Source: Gammaproteobacteria bacterium
GTDB lineage: Bacteria > Pseudomonadota > Gammaproteobacteria > UBA4575
Length of the DNA stretch: 64,000 nt
Assembly: GCA_022824965.1 (NCBI GenBank)
Contig: JAJDYY010000003.1
Span: 21,753-85,752, forward strand
Direction of reading: 5' to 3'
Positions 1 through 10,995 of this stretch are shown one piece after another. The notes under the pieces were generated by a model that saw nothing but the letters and a program-made list of their open reading frames with translations, was not told the DNA's origin and made no database searches. The position numbers and the translations under genes are program-made. The first letter of the stretch is position 1. Every line of letters starts with the position of its first letter.

Positions 1-272
1 AAGCCCAGCAGGCCCGTAAAGGCGAAAACGACGGCAATGCCCGCCGCAGATTCAGCGGTGCGGGGCAGCACAAACCAGATCAATGCAAGGGCGGCGAAGG
101 AGCAGATGAGACTGGTGCCGTGACCGACGTGCAGCACCGTTGACAAGGCGGCCATCAGTGCACTGAAAATCAGGGTAACCGAAAGAAGTGCATAGGTATT
201 GCGCAGCACCTTGTTGGTGGCTAGGACACTAGCCTGGCTCACACTACCCATTTGCAATCTTGGATCGTTCAT
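1..272 (-). CDS. yccA: Bax inhibitor-1/YccA family membrane protein (N-terminal part; runs off the left edge)
   Basis: Manual translation MNDPRLQMGSVSQASVLATNKVLRNTYALLS; the xTNKVLRNTYxLL motif is typical of YccA. Absent from the ORF track because it is truncated. Confidence 0.8.
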   Translation of the reverse strand, partial: MNDPRLQMGSVSQASVLATNKVLRNTYALLSVTLIFSALMAALSTVLHVGHGTSLICSFAALALIWFVLPRTAESAAGIAVVFAFTGLLG

Positions 273-421
273 ATCTGCTTGCTCTCCAGAATAAAATAAA
301 TGCTTGATGTTACTAACATAACGGTTTTCCAGACGAATTCAAGTCATCTTTGCTACTTTATTTAGACAGCATCGGTGCTGGCAGTTCCCGGTACCATTCG
401 GGTATTCTTCGTGACCTGACC

Positions 422-509
422 GGAGAGGTGGCAGAGTGGTCGAATGCGGCGGTCTTGAAAACCGTTGACTCGAAAGGGTCCGGGGGTTCGAATCCCTCCC
501 TCTCCGCCA
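422..509 (+). tRNA. tRNA-Ser(TGA)
   Basis: GGAGAGG acceptor pairs with CCTCTCC, anticodon loop CT-TGA-AA, long variable arm, GGTTCGAATCC T-arm, encoded CCA. Confidence 0.96.
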
Positions 510-704
510 GTTGCCACACTACCTTGGAGCCAGGCAATCGGCACATGAAGTCGAGATTGCAGATACTGCCATCCATGACCAAAATCGTGCAGGGTCGGCC
601 CTGCAGATCCTAGGAGTATCAGGCCGGGAGATTCATGAATCCCGGGATATTTTCGTGTAAGGTGATGCAGGTACTTTGGGTGCGAGAAATTCATACGGGA
701 TTCC

Positions 705-896
705 ATGACTAAATTACTCGTTGTGGCAGGCGCTGTTTCTGCATTCATCGGTGCTGCAATCGGGGTGTTTGCACTGGTCAGGTCTGGTGTCATCGAGCCC
801 GGGCTTGGGATCTTGATGCTGATCTGCCTGCTGGGGATGTACGTGGGCTTTGGAATACTGATCGCCGTGTACCGGCTCGTGAACCGGCTGCAGTGA
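705..896 (+). CDS. small two-helix membrane protein, hypothetical
   Basis: 63 aa with two hydrophobic segments; fills the gap between tRNA-Ser and pyrC. Confidence 0.55.
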   Translation: MTKLLVVAGAVSAFIGAAIGVFALVRSGVIEPGLGILMLICLLGMYVGFGILIAVYRLVNRLQ

Positions 897-956
897 GCGG
901 CCTTTCGGCATGCATGCGTCCCGCATGCCTTGAATGGATATCGACGAAGTAGTCCC

Positions 957-2294
957 ATGTACGACCTATTGATCACTAACTCAAAACTGGTCAACGATCA
1001 CGCCATCACCGAACAGGATGTCGTGGTCACGGACCAGCGGATCGCACAGATCGGTGCAGACCTGCAGAGCCAGCCTGCGAAACGCATCATCGATGCCAAC
1101 GGCAAATTCCTGATCCCCGGGATGATCGACGACCAGGTGCACTTTCGCGAGCCCGGTCTGACCCACAAGGCCGATATCGCCACGGAGTCACGCGCGGCGA
1201 TTGCTGGCGGCATCACGAGCTTCATGGATATGCCCAATGTCTCACCCCCGACCCTGACGGTGGACAGGTTGCGTGACAAGTACCGGATCGCAGCCAGGAG
1301 CGCGCATGCGAACTACGCCTTCTACATGGGTACCAGTAATGACAACCTGGAAGAGATCAAGCGCCTGCCCAAGGACCTCGCCTGCGGCATCAAGGTCTTC
1401 ATGGGGGCCTCGACCGGAAACCTGCTGGTCGATCGCGACGAGGCCCTTGAGGGGATCTTCGAATTCGCGCCCGTACCGGTGATCACGCATTGCGAGGACT
1501 CGCCGATGATTAACGAGAATCTTCGCAAGTTCCAGCAGGAGTACGGGGACGACATTCCCGTGGAATACCATCCGATCATCCGCTCTGAAGAGGCCTGCTA
1601 CAAATCCTCGGTGAAGGCCGTTGACCTGGCGACAAGGCACGGCACCCAGCTGCACGTCCTGCATCTCTCAACAGCCCGGGAACTGGAGCTGTTCTCGAAA
1701 GGAGAGATCCAGGGCAAATCCATCACCGCAGAGGTCTGTGTGCACCACCTGTTCTTCAGTGATGCGGATTACGCCACCCGCGGGGCACTAGTCAAATGCA
1801 ACCCGGCGATCAAGACGGCCCGCGACCGCGAAGGACTGCTCAAAGCGGTCATGGAGGACCGTATCGACATCATCGCCACGGATCATGCTCCGCACCTGCT
1901 TGAGGAGAAGCGCGGCAACTACCTGGAGTCGCCTGCCGGACTGCCGCTGGTGCAGCATGCCCTGCTGAGCCTCATGGAGCACTACCATGACGGCATCCTG
2001 AGCCTGGAGAAAATCGTGGAGAAGACCAGTCACAACGTGGCCCGGCGGTTCTCGGTCGTCGAGCGGGGGTTTATCGAGGAAGGCTATCGCGCAGACCTGG
2101 TGCTGATCGATGCCTCCAGGCCCTGTACCGTGACCGAGGACAGCATCCTGTACAAGTGCGGGTGGTCGCCGTTTGCCGGCTACACCTTTCGCTCATCGAT
2201 CGACACCACCATCCTGAACGGCCAGGTGGTGTACGAGAAGGGCCGGGTAGCAGAACAACCCTTTCTCGGAGAGCGATTGACGTTTGACCGCTGA
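957..2294 (+). CDS. pyrC: dihydroorotase (amidohydrolase superfamily)
   Basis: DDQVHFREPG metal motif, IKVFMGASTG and IATDHAPH; start taken at MYDLLI. Confidence 0.88.
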   Translation: MYDLLITNSKLVNDHAITEQDVVVTDQRIAQIGADLQSQPAKRIIDANGKFLIPGMIDDQVHFREPGLTHKADIATESRAAIAGGITSFMDMPNVSPPTLTVDRLRDKYRIAARSAHANYAFYMGTSNDNLEEIKRLPKDLACGIKVFMGASTGNLLVDRDEALEGIFEFAPVPVITHCEDSPMINENLRKFQQEYGDDIPVEYHPIIRSEEACYKSSVKAVDLATRHGTQLHVLHLSTARELELFSKGEIQGKSITAEVCVHHLFFSDADYATRGALVKCNPAIKTARDREGLLKAVMEDRIDIIATDHAPHLLEEKRGNYLESPAGLPLVQHALLSLMEHYHDGILSLEKIVEKTSHNVARRFSVVERGFIEEGYRADLVLIDASRPCTVTEDSILYKCGWSPFAGYTFRSSIDTTILNGQVVYEKGRVAEQPFLGERLTFDR

Positions 2295-2354
2295 TGCCAG
2301 GCAGGTGATGCCCCTGCAAGTGCGTGCCCCAAACTCGCAGGATGGACGAACAGG

Positions 2355-2888
2355 ATGCAGATCGAAATGAAACTCCCTGAAAGCCCGGCAACGCGCAAGG
2401 ACATCAACATCCTGTTCGTGTGCATGGGAAACATCTGCCGCTCTCCCATGGCCCATGGCGTTTTTCAAGACCTGGTCAGAGAACACAAGCTACAGGAGAT
2501 CATCGCGGTAGATTCTGCGGGCACGTATGCCTATCACACCGGCGAGCCGCCGGACCCGCGGGCCGTAGCCGTGGCCGCCCGACGAGGCCATTCCCTGGAG
2601 CATCTGCGAGCCCGCAAGGTGAGGGCTTCCGATTTCACGGCGTTCGACCTCATCCTTGCCATGGATCATCAGAACCGGGAGCATCTACTGTCTCACTGTC
2701 ATCAGGCGCACCGGCACAAGGTGCGCCTGATGCTGGAGTTTGCCCGTCACGTCGAGTGCGAGGAAGTTCCAGATCCATACTATGGGGGACTCGACGGGTT
2801 TGAAGCCGTCCTGGACATGATCGAGGATGCATGCAGTGCCCTACTGGAGCACATTCAAGTCCAGCACGCACTGGAAACCCCCGCATAG
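2355..2888 (+). CDS. low-molecular-weight protein-tyrosine phosphatase
   Basis: P-loop CMGNICRS and DPYYG. Confidence 0.92.
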   Translation: MQIEMKLPESPATRKDINILFVCMGNICRSPMAHGVFQDLVREHKLQEIIAVDSAGTYAYHTGEPPDPRAVAVAARRGHSLEHLRARKVRASDFTAFDLILAMDHQNREHLLSHCHQAHRHKVRLMLEFARHVECEEVPDPYYGGLDGFEAVLDMIEDACSALLEHIQVQHALETPA

Positions 2889-2943
2889 ACCTCTGGTCCG
2901 ACAGGCATGCTGAAAAAGGGGGTGCCGGTACCTTGTGAGGCTT

Positions 2944-5085
2944 CTACGAGGAAGACTTGCCAGGGTCCGTCGACGGCGGCTGGCCCGGATCCGTTGGCGG
3001 GGTCTTGTCCGGGTCTGGCGGAGGCGATTGGCCGGGGTCCTTCTGAGCAGGCTTGCTCGAGTCTGTAGACGGGGACTTGGCTGGCTTGGCGCTGGCCCGG
3101 TCCCGGCTGCCATGGCTTTTTCGTTCGGGGCCTGACCTGCGTTGATCGTCCGTTTTTCTGGAGCCGTCCCTGCGCTGACTGTCCGTCCTCCTGGAACCAT
3201 CCCTGCGCTGACCATCTGCTCTCCTGGAGCCGTCCCTGCGCTGACCATCCGCTCTCCTGGAACCGTCTCTGCGTCGGTGGCTACCGCGCGTATGATCACG
3301 TGATCCTCGCCTTCTTTGATCACTGCGTGTGCGTGCCGTGGAGCGGTTCTCACCAGAGGGCTCCTTCACCTTGGCCGGTGTGGTCTCTTCTGGAGTTTTA
3401 TTACCGCCGGAAAGCCACCCGAAGAGGGCTTTCAATGGGCGGGCACGCCCCTTGGAGCCGGGTTGAGTCTTCGAAGAAGGGACCGGGGCGGTCGCGTGGA
3501 TGGTTTTCACGGCAGGTTGTTCCACTGTCGCCGGAGCTTGCCGATAGGGGGCAAGCCCGGTCTCTTCCTGGGGGATGTGCTCGTAGCTAGGCTTCTGGTC
3601 GGGTTTGGCGTCCTGGTTGCGTACTCTTTCGACGGTGAAGTGCGGGGTTTCCAGGTTCGGATCCGGTACGATCATGAGTTGCACGTCATGGCGCGCCTCG
3701 ACTTCGCTGATGCCGATGCGTTTTTCATTCAGCAAAAAGCTTGTCACCTCCACAGGCAGCTTGGCAATGACCTTGCCTGTACTTTCCTTCATGGCCTCTT
3801 CCTCGATCAGGCGAAGGACTGCAAGCGCAAGCGATTCGATGCTGCGGATCGTTCCGTGGCCGGTGCACCGCGGGCAGACGATCTGACTTGACTCTTCGAG
3901 CGAGGGCCGCAGCCGCTGGCGTGACATCTCCAGCAGCCCGAACTGGGAGATGTGCCCGATCTGCACACGGGCTCGATCAATCTTGAGTGCCTCACGCAGA
4001 CGCTTTTCCACTTCGCGACGATTTTTTTCAGGCGTCATGTCGATGAAGTCGATGATGATCAGCCCGCCAAGATCACGCAGTCGCAGCTGTCTCGCAGTCT
4101 CGTCCGCTGCCTCGAGATTGGTGTTGAGTGCAGTCTCCTCGATGTCGCTGCCCCTGGTCGCCTTGGCCGAGTTGATGTCGATGCAGATCATGGCCTCGGT
4201 GTGATCAATGACCATGGACCCGCCGGAGGGCAGGGAGACTTCGCGCTCGAATGCGGATTCAATCTGCGATTCGATCTGGTAGCGGTTGAACAGGGGGACA
4301 TGGTCCTCGTAGAGCTTGAGCTTATTCAGATTGTGCGGCATCACCTGCTCGACGAACTTCTTCGCGTCACGAAACACGTCCGGGTCGTCGATGATGATCT
4401 CGCTGATGTCATCCCTCAGATGGTCGCGCAGTGCACGGATGATGACGTTGCTTTCCTGGTAGATCAGGAACGGCTTGTTCTTGGAGTCGGCAGCGCCCTT
4501 GATGGCGTCATAGACCTTTTGCAGGTAGTCCAGGTCCCACTGGAGTTCTTCCGGTGAATGTCCTACTCCCGCCGTTCGTGCGATGACCCCCATGCCCTTG
4601 GGCACCTCGAGCTTGGACAACACGCTTCGGATTTCCTCGCGGTCGTCACCTTCGATGCGTCGGGACACACCGTTCGCGCGGGGGTTGTTCGGCATCAGGA
4701 CGAGGTAGCGCCCGGCAAGGCTGATGTACGTGGTAAGGGCTGCACCCTTGTTGCCCCGCTCTTCACGCTCGACCTGCACGATGATTTCCTGGCCCTCGGA
4801 AATGAGGTTGCGGATCGGTACCCGCTCACCGTTGTTGCTGGGAGAGCCGCTCAGGAAATCGCGCGAGATTTCCTTGAAGGGCAGAAACCCGTGGCGTTCG
4901 GCACCGTAATTGACAAAGGCAGCCTCCAGACTCGGCTGAATCCGGGTGATGGTGCCTTTGTATATATTATCTTTTCTCTGGTTTCGTGAGGGTAGTTCGA
5001 TGTCGAGATCGTACAGTCGCTGTCCATCGACCATCCCGACCCGCAACTCTTCCTGTTGCGTGGCATTGACTAAAATTCTTTTCAT
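2944..5085 (-). CDS. rne: ribonuclease E (short form, ~713 aa)
   Basis: [16 protein letters not shown] start, S1 domain, [14 protein letters not shown] catalytic motifs, CPRCTGHG Zn-link, amphipathic [10 protein letters not shown] membrane anchor and Arg-rich disordered tail. Confidence 0.95.
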   Translation of the reverse strand: MKRILVNATQQEELRVGMVDGQRLYDLDIELPSRNQRKDNIYKGTITRIQPSLEAAFVNYGAERHGFLPFKEISRDFLSGSPSNNGERVPIRNLISEGQEIIVQVEREERGNKGAALTTYISLAGRYLVLMPNNPRANGVSRRIEGDDREEIRSVLSKLEVPKGMGVIARTAGVGHSPEELQWDLDYLQKVYDAIKGAADSKNKPFLIYQESNVIIRALRDHLRDDISEIIIDDPDVFRDAKKFVEQVMPHNLNKLKLYEDHVPLFNRYQIESQIESAFEREVSLPSGGSMVIDHTEAMICIDINSAKATRGSDIEETALNTNLEAADETARQLRLRDLGGLIIIDFIDMTPEKNRREVEKRLREALKIDRARVQIGHISQFGLLEMSRQRLRPSLEESSQIVCPRCTGHGTIRSIESLALAVLRLIEEEAMKESTGKVIAKLPVEVTSFLLNEKRIGISEVEARHDVQLMIVPDPNLETPHFTVERVRNQDAKPDQKPSYEHIPQEETGLAPYRQAPATVEQPAVKTIHATAPVPSSKTQPGSKGRARPLKALFGWLSGGNKTPEETTPAKVKEPSGENRSTARTRSDQRRRGSRDHTRGSHRRRDGSRRADGQRRDGSRRADGQRRDGSRRTDSQRRDGSRKTDDQRRSGPERKSHGSRDRASAKPAKSPSTDSSKPAQKDPGQSPPPDPDKTPPTDPGQPPSTDPGKSSS
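2952..3047 (-). repeat. degenerate 24-bp (8-aa) Pro-rich tandem repeat at the RNase E C-terminus
   Basis: Encodes ...[30 protein letters not shown]. Confidence 0.65.
3158..3280 (-). repeat. 33-bp tandem repeat (~3.7 units) in rne encoding [11 protein letters not shown]
   Basis: Units start at 3158, 3191, 3224 and 3257 (ctggarccrtccctgcgctgac...). Confidence 0.9.
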
Positions 5086-5511
5086 TGCAAACTCTGTGTA
5101 GTGTCCGCTTTCCACGCGATGCATGTAATGGATGCCGCTCCATGAGGGTTCCGGCAGGGCCTTGATGTGCCTGGCCTGCAGGTTCAGTGGAGAGGGGTCC
5201 GTGGAACAAGTGGACTGTGAAACTTAATAAACCAATCATTTTTTATCCTGAGCCGCTTTGCGTGGTTCCTTGTAAACCCATCGCCCGGTGCAGCTCAAGC
5301 TTGCTCCCGTAGCCTCGGCAGAAACGCCCGAGACTGTGGAGGTAGAAAATCCAACACTAAGACAGTGCCGCATCAAACATGCATTTCATCATTGGCACCG
5401 TGACAGCAATGGTACGTAACTATTCCAGAATTAACAAGATATACTGTCGTGATACACGATGCCCCGGTCACCGGCGCAATCGTGCTGTCGCCAGCGCGCC
5501 GTGAATCCACC

Positions 5512-6492
5512 ATGAAGTCGACCAGCTACGTCATTGACTCCACCCGGGAAGGCCAGCGGATCGATAACTTCCTGTTCGCGAACCTCAAGGGGGTCCCCAA
5601 GGGCCTCATCTACCGGTTGCTGCGCACCGGTAAAATCCGGATCAACGGCAAGCGCATCCGGCAAACCCACCGGCTGGTTGCGAATGATCAGGTGACGGTT
5701 CCTCCGCTGCGCACTGCACCGGCCCGCATGCCGGTGATCCCGCAGGACATACGGTCTGTGATCCAGTCCTGCATCCTGTACGAGGATGCATCCGTTCTCG
5801 TCATCAACAAACCGGCGGGCATCGCCGTGCACCCGGGTCATCTGGCCCCGTTCGGCGTGATCGAGGTGCTGCGGGCTATTCGCCCGAAAGCCCCCTTCCT
5901 GGAACTTGTCCACCGGCTAGACCGCCACACCAGCGGCTGTCTGCTTATCGCCAAGGACAAGGCCATGCTGGGTGAGCTGCACGCGCTGCTCAGGGACCGT
6001 GAAATCGAAAAGGAGTACGTGGCCCTGATCAAGGGAGCCTGGGACCAGGGAGTGAAGAAGATCCGTGTGCCATTGAAAAAGAAGACGGAGCGGCCCGACC
6101 CCGACGGGATGAACGGGCGCTATCGGGAGGCCATTAGCCACTTTCATCCGCTGCGGGTCTTTGACGGACTTTCCCTGATGAAAATCCAGATCCGGACCGG
6201 GCGCACTCACCAGATCCGCATCCACGCCGCACAGGCCGGCCATCCGGTGGCAGGGGACCCGAAATACGGAGATTTTTCCTTTAACCGCGCCTTGCGCAAG
6301 GACGGGCTCAAGCGCATGTTCCTGCATGCCTCAAGGCTGAGCTTCCGATGTCGAAGCAACGGCGTGAAATATGCTATAAAAGCACCGTTGAGTCCCGAAC
6401 TGAACGACTTCCTGGAAAGCCTTCACGCGCATGCGTACATGCACGGAAAACAGGCCGGAAGTTCCAAGCCGGATAGCGAATATGGAGCCTGA
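5512..6492 (+). CDS. rluC: 23S rRNA pseudouridine synthase RluC family
   Basis: N-terminal S4 domain (GQRIDNFL), HRLDRHTSG catalytic motif and GRTHQIR; divergent from rne as in the canonical layout. Confidence 0.9.
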   Translation: MKSTSYVIDSTREGQRIDNFLFANLKGVPKGLIYRLLRTGKIRINGKRIRQTHRLVANDQVTVPPLRTAPARMPVIPQDIRSVIQSCILYEDASVLVINKPAGIAVHPGHLAPFGVIEVLRAIRPKAPFLELVHRLDRHTSGCLLIAKDKAMLGELHALLRDREIEKEYVALIKGAWDQGVKKIRVPLKKKTERPDPDGMNGRYREAISHFHPLRVFDGLSLMKIQIRTGRTHQIRIHAAQAGHPVAGDPKYGDFSFNRALRKDGLKRMFLHASRLSFRCRSNGVKYAIKAPLSPELNDFLESLHAHAYMHGKQAGSSKPDSEYGA

Positions 6493-7465
6493 GATCAACC
6501 TGGAAGGCGAGCGCGAGCGCTTGCGTCCTGCCCGAACCGTGTCCTCCTGGGAACAGGATGCCATCGTGAAGCTGGCCTCCGCCGGCCTCAGGGAACAGCG
6601 ACGGGCGAGGCGCTGGGGAATATTCTTCAAGTCACTGGGCTTTGCCTATCTCGGCCTGTTCCTGATCGCCATGATGGACTGGAACCTTTCTGAGCTTCCG
6701 GACGGTACGCAGCATACGGCGATGGTGGAGATGACCGGCATTATCGCCGATGGTGAGACGGCCAGCGCCCACAACGTGAATTCCGGACTGCGGGCAGCCT
6801 TCGAGAATCCTCGTTCCGTGGCGGTGATCCTGAAGATCAACAGCCCGGGAGGAAGTCCCGTGCAGGCCGGCTACATCAATCGCGAGATCACGCGACTGCG
6901 TGATCTTCATCCTGAAAAACCCCTGTACGCCGTGGTCACCGATGTCTGTGCCTCGGGCGGCGTGTTCGCCGCGGTAGCCGCTGATGAGATCTATGCGGAC
7001 AAGGCCAGTATCGTCGGCTCCATCGGGGTGATGATGGACGGCTTCGGTTTTGTCGAGGCAATGGAAAAGCTCGGTGTTGAACGTCGGCTCATGATCGCGG
7101 GCAAGCACAAGGGACTGCTGGACCCGTTTTCTCCTGAAGAGCCGTTCGAGAAGGCGCACGTGCAGAAACTGCTCGATGAGATCCACCAGCAGTTCATTGA
7201 GGCGGTGCGACAGGGCAGGGGCGACCGGCTCATCGATGAGGAGGAGGTATTCAGCGGCCTGTTCTGGACCGGTGAGCAGGCGCTCGAAATCGGGCTCGTG
7301 GATGGTTTCGGCAGTCCGGGTTACGTGGCCCGTGAAGTAGTGGGTGTTGCGGGCATCCAGGATTACACCCAGCGCGAGGATGTCCTGCAGCGGTTCGCCA
7401 AACGACTGGGAAGCGCACTGCTCAGCCCGGTTCGCGAACTCCTTGTAAACCCGGCGCTTCGCTGA
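6482..7465 (+). CDS. sppA: S49 family signal peptide peptidase (SppA-like)
   Basis: INSPGGSP, CASGG and GSIGV motifs plus an N-terminal TM helix. Confidence 0.88.
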   Translation: MEPEINLEGERERLRPARTVSSWEQDAIVKLASAGLREQRRARRWGIFFKSLGFAYLGLFLIAMMDWNLSELPDGTQHTAMVEMTGIIADGETASAHNVNSGLRAAFENPRSVAVILKINSPGGSPVQAGYINREITRLRDLHPEKPLYAVVTDVCASGGVFAAVAADEIYADKASIVGSIGVMMDGFGFVEAMEKLGVERRLMIAGKHKGLLDPFSPEEPFEKAHVQKLLDEIHQQFIEAVRQGRGDRLIDEEEVFSGLFWTGEQALEIGLVDGFGSPGYVAREVVGVAGIQDYTQREDVLQRFAKRLGSALLSPVRELLVNPALR

Positions 7466-7497
7466 ATCCAGTGGCACCCAGCCAGGTCCCATTGACG

Positions 7498-8007
7498 ATG
7501 GTGCCCGCACCGCTACCCAAGCGCTTCAACCCCCAGGCGCTGGCAGATCGTCATCAGGTCCTTGCCGGTGAGTTGTCGACAGACTCCATGGCCCGTCTGC
7601 GTGAGGCGGTGGTCTCGATCGGCTCGACCGTCAGTATTGACCTGCAACTGGCACGTGTCCGGTCCGGGTGCCAGATCGATGGGGAGATCGCCTGTACGCT
7701 GGGGCTATGCTGTGTGCGTTGCCTGGGCGAGGTCCGTATCCGGGTCAGCCCAAGTGTCAGGCTCGTTGTAGGCCCCCGTCTGGAGAGCCCCATCGAGGCT
7801 CCCGAGGGGTACGATCTCTACGAGTACGAAGGCTCCAGCCTGGAGCTGGCACAGTTGATTGAGGACGAGCTGCTGCTGGCGCTGCCCCTGGTCCCTAGAC
7901 ATGTGGATATTTCACTCTGTGATCCAGGTATGGTAGCGTGGCTAGGTTTGAAGGAGAGGGCGAGCGGTCCTGCCAGGAATCCGTTTGCCATTTTGAAACG
8001 CCCGTGA
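7498..8007 (+). CDS. yceD: YceD/DUF177 family protein
   Basis: CVRCL, IEDELLLALP and C-terminal NPFAILK; directly upstream of rpmF. Confidence 0.85.
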   Translation: MVPAPLPKRFNPQALADRHQVLAGELSTDSMARLREAVVSIGSTVSIDLQLARVRSGCQIDGEIACTLGLCCVRCLGEVRIRVSPSVRLVVGPRLESPIEAPEGYDLYEYEGSSLELAQLIEDELLLALPLVPRHVDISLCDPGMVAWLGLKERASGPARNPFAILKRP

Positions 8008-8022
8008 AGCGAGGAGAATCCC

Positions 8023-8220
8023 ATGGCGGTACAAAAGAACAGGAAGACACGCTCAAAAAGAGACATGCGTCGTGCGCATGATGCGCTCACCGCTGCCACC
8101 CTGTCCACGGATTCGACCACCGGCGAGCGGCACCGGCGTCATCACGTGACGGAGGATGGCTACTACCGGGGCCGGCAGGTGATCGTGAAACCCGACGAAT
8201 ACGAGGACGACGAGGAATAG
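8023..8220 (+). CDS. rpmF: 50S ribosomal protein L32
   Basis: [22 protein letters not shown]...GERHRRHH. Confidence 0.97.
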   Translation: MAVQKNRKTRSKRDMRRAHDALTAATLSTDSTTGERHRRHHVTEDGYYRGRQVIVKPDEYEDDEE

Positions 8221-8317
8221 CCGCTTCCGTACCGGTTTCTCAAAACCAACTCCACCGAACCCTGATGGCCCGTCTGCCCGGCTCGCATACGGCTTTCAGG
8301 GACTTGCCTGACATATC

Positions 8318-9337
8318 GTGATCCACTACACAGTCTCCCTGGATGCCATGGGCGGTGACTTCGGGGTCGCCGTGGTGGCCGAGGCCGCCGTCGCCTATCT
8401 GAAGGACCACCCGGACACCTCACTGATTCTGGTCGGCGACGAGCGGGAGATCACCGATGAACTCACCCGCATCAAATCCGCACCTTCCGACCGGCTGCGC
8501 GTGCATCACGCGAGCCAGCGCATTGAGATGGATGAATCGCCTTCACGGGCACTGCGCAGCAAAAAGGACTCATCCATGCGGGTGGCCGTGGACCTGGTCA
8601 AGGACGGCGTAGCGCACGCCTGTGTCAGTGCCGGGAACACGGGGGCACTGGTGGCCACGGCACGTTACGTGCTCAAGATGCTGTCAGGCATCGATCGCCC
8701 GGCCATCACCAGCGCGATCCCCTCCATCCAGGGCCAGACCTACATGCTGGACCTGGGGGCCAATGTAGGCTGCAGCAGCGAGCACCTGCTGCAGTTTGCC
8801 GTCATGGGCGCGGTGCTGGCCTCCGCCATCGACGAGATTGAGAACCCGAGGGTCGGACTTCTCAATATCGGCGAAGAGGAGATCAAGGGTAACGATCAGG
8901 TGAAGCATGCCAATGAAATGCTGCAAAAAAGCGGGCTGAACTATATTGGCTATGTCGAGGGTGATGATGTCTATTGCGGGGATGTCAACGTGGTGGTGTG
9001 CGACGGCTTTGCCGGTAACGTCTCGCTGAAGTCCAGCGAGGGAGTCGCAAAAACGATCTCCCACTTTATCCAGCAGGAATTCAGGCAGAACCTGTTCACC
9101 CAGCTCTGCGGATTGCTGGCCCTGCCGGTGCTGAAATCATTCCGGCGGCGAATTGATCCGCGGTGCTATAATGGCGCCAGTCTTCTGGGGCTGCGAGGCG
9201 TGGTTGTCAAAAGCCACGGCGGGGCGGATGCCTTTTCGTTCCAGCACGCAATCGACATCGCACGCCTGGAAGCGGTCAAGCAGGTGCCTCAAATGATCGA
9301 CACCCACATCGCAGAATATCTGAAATACAACAGTTGA
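8318..9337 (+). CDS. plsX: phosphate acyltransferase
   Basis: [22 protein letters not shown] and KSHG motifs. Confidence 0.96.
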   Translation: MIHYTVSLDAMGGDFGVAVVAEAAVAYLKDHPDTSLILVGDEREITDELTRIKSAPSDRLRVHHASQRIEMDESPSRALRSKKDSSMRVAVDLVKDGVAHACVSAGNTGALVATARYVLKMLSGIDRPAITSAIPSIQGQTYMLDLGANVGCSSEHLLQFAVMGAVLASAIDEIENPRVGLLNIGEEEIKGNDQVKHANEMLQKSGLNYIGYVEGDDVYCGDVNVVVCDGFAGNVSLKSSEGVAKTISHFIQQEFRQNLFTQLCGLLALPVLKSFRRRIDPRCYNGASLLGLRGVVVKSHGGADAFSFQHAIDIARLEAVKQVPQMIDTHIAEYLKYNS

Positions 9338-9339
9338 CC

Positions 9340-10308
9340 ATGACGTACTCGAAAATCACCGGCACTGGAAGCTACTTGCCGGAAAAAATATTGACAAACA
9401 AGGATATGGAGGAACTTGTTGATACTACGGATGAGTGGATACAGGAGCGCACGGGCATCCGGCAGCGCCATATCGCAGCCGAGGGCGAGACCACCTGCGA
9501 CCTTGCAGCCCGTGCCGCCCTGCGCGCGATCGAGATGGCCGGCAAGTCCCACGCCGAAATCGACCTGATCATCCTCGCAACCACCACCGCAGACAAGATC
9601 TTCCCTGGCACTGCCTGCCTGCTGCAAAAGCGGCTCGACGTGCACGGTTGTCCGGCGTTCGATGTACAGGCGGTATGCACGGGCTTCGTGTATGCCTTGG
9701 GAATCGCGGACAAGTTCATCCGTGCAGGCGAGGCCAAGTGTGCGCTGATCGTAGGCTCGGAGACCCTGTCCCGTATCCTGGACTGGAATGATCGCAGTAC
9801 CTGTGTGCTGTTTGGTGACGGGGCCGGTGCAGTCGTGCTCGAGGCCTCTGATGAACCGGGGATCCTGTCCACGCACCTGCATGCCGACGGCAGTTATGAA
9901 CACCTGCTGCACGTGCCACATGGCATTTCCAGTGGCTACGAACAGCTCAAGGCCGGCGAGGCGTACGTGTACATGGAAGGCAATGCCGTGTTCAAGATGG
10001 CGGTGAACAAGCTGGGCGAGATCGTGGACGAGGCCCTGGAGGCCAACCAGATCAGCAAGGGAGACCTGGACTGGCTGGTGCCGCACCAGGCGAACCGCAG
10101 GATCATCGAGGCCACGGCGAGAAAGCTGAAAATGTCGATGGAGCACGTCGTACTGACGGTATCCGAGCACGGCAACACTTCTGCGGCATCCATCCCCCTG
10201 GCACTGGATACGGCAGTGCGCGACGGCCGGATCAAGAAAGGGGAGACCCTGATGCTCGAGGCTTTCGGAAGCGGGTTTACATGGGGTTCGGCGCTTTTGC
10301 AGTTCTGA
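9340..10308 (+). CDS. fabH: beta-ketoacyl-ACP synthase III
   Basis: AVCTGF catalytic Cys, VPHQAN and HGNTSAAS. Confidence 0.96.
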   Translation: MTYSKITGTGSYLPEKILTNKDMEELVDTTDEWIQERTGIRQRHIAAEGETTCDLAARAALRAIEMAGKSHAEIDLIILATTTADKIFPGTACLLQKRLDVHGCPAFDVQAVCTGFVYALGIADKFIRAGEAKCALIVGSETLSRILDWNDRSTCVLFGDGAGAVVLEASDEPGILSTHLHADGSYEHLLHVPHGISSGYEQLKAGEAYVYMEGNAVFKMAVNKLGEIVDEALEANQISKGDLDWLVPHQANRRIIEATARKLKMSMEHVVLTVSEHGNTSAASIPLALDTAVRDGRIKKGETLMLEAFGSGFTWGSALLQF

Positions 10309-10326
10309 CCCGAGGCGACCGCTCCG

Positions 10327-10980
10327 GTGTCTACAGTACACTCATCGACTTACCGGGAAGACTGCAGGCGATGCCCCCGCATTGCCAAAAATCTGGCACT
10401 CAAGAAATCACTGTACCCGGAGTATCACTGCAAGCCGGTTGCAGCCTTCGGTGACCCGGGTGCGCAACTGCTGATTGTCGGGCTGGCTCCGGGACTGCAC
10501 GGTGCCAATGCCACCGGCCGACCTTTCACCGGGGATCATGCAGGTCTCCTGCTGTACCGCACGCTGTACAAGTTCGGGTTCTCGACGCGCCCGGTCTCGG
10601 AAAATACCGGCGACCGGCTTGAACTGAGGAACTGCCGGATCACCAACGCTGTGAAATGCCTGCCGCCTGCAAACAAGCCCACGGTCAGGGAAATCAAAAA
10701 CTGCAATCCCTACCTGCACAACGAGCTGGCTGCACTTCGCGCGGACAGCGTGGTGCTGGCCCTGGGCAGGATCGCCCATGACGCGGTATTGCGGGCACTG
10801 GGGGTGAAGTTGAGCCACTATGCATTTGCCCATGGCGCGCTGCACCGCATCGAGGGCAGGTGGGGTCTGCTGGACTCGTACCACTGCAGCCGCTACAACA
10901 CGCAAACGGGCCGGCTGACCCGAAAGCAGTTCGAGGCCGTTTTTTCAAGAGCGGTCACAGCGATGAATGGCTCCCAATGA
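10327..10980 (+). CDS. uracil-DNA glycosylase, family 5 (UdgB-like, Fe-S)
   Basis: CRRCPR, GLAPGLHGANATGRPFTGD, KCLPP and YHCSRYN. Confidence 0.85.
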   Translation: MSTVHSSTYREDCRRCPRIAKNLALKKSLYPEYHCKPVAAFGDPGAQLLIVGLAPGLHGANATGRPFTGDHAGLLLYRTLYKFGFSTRPVSENTGDRLELRNCRITNAVKCLPPANKPTVREIKNCNPYLHNELAALRADSVVLALGRIAHDAVLRALGVKLSHYAFAHGALHRIEGRWGLLDSYHCSRYNTQTGRLTRKQFEAVFSRAVTAMNGSQ

Positions 10981-10995
10981 GTGACCTGGACCCGC

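Noticed and set aside
5393-5408. TGGCAC-N5-CAGCA sigma54-like motif between rne and rluC
   Set aside because: Lacks the conserved TT before GC, and a sigma54 promoter for rluC is implausible.
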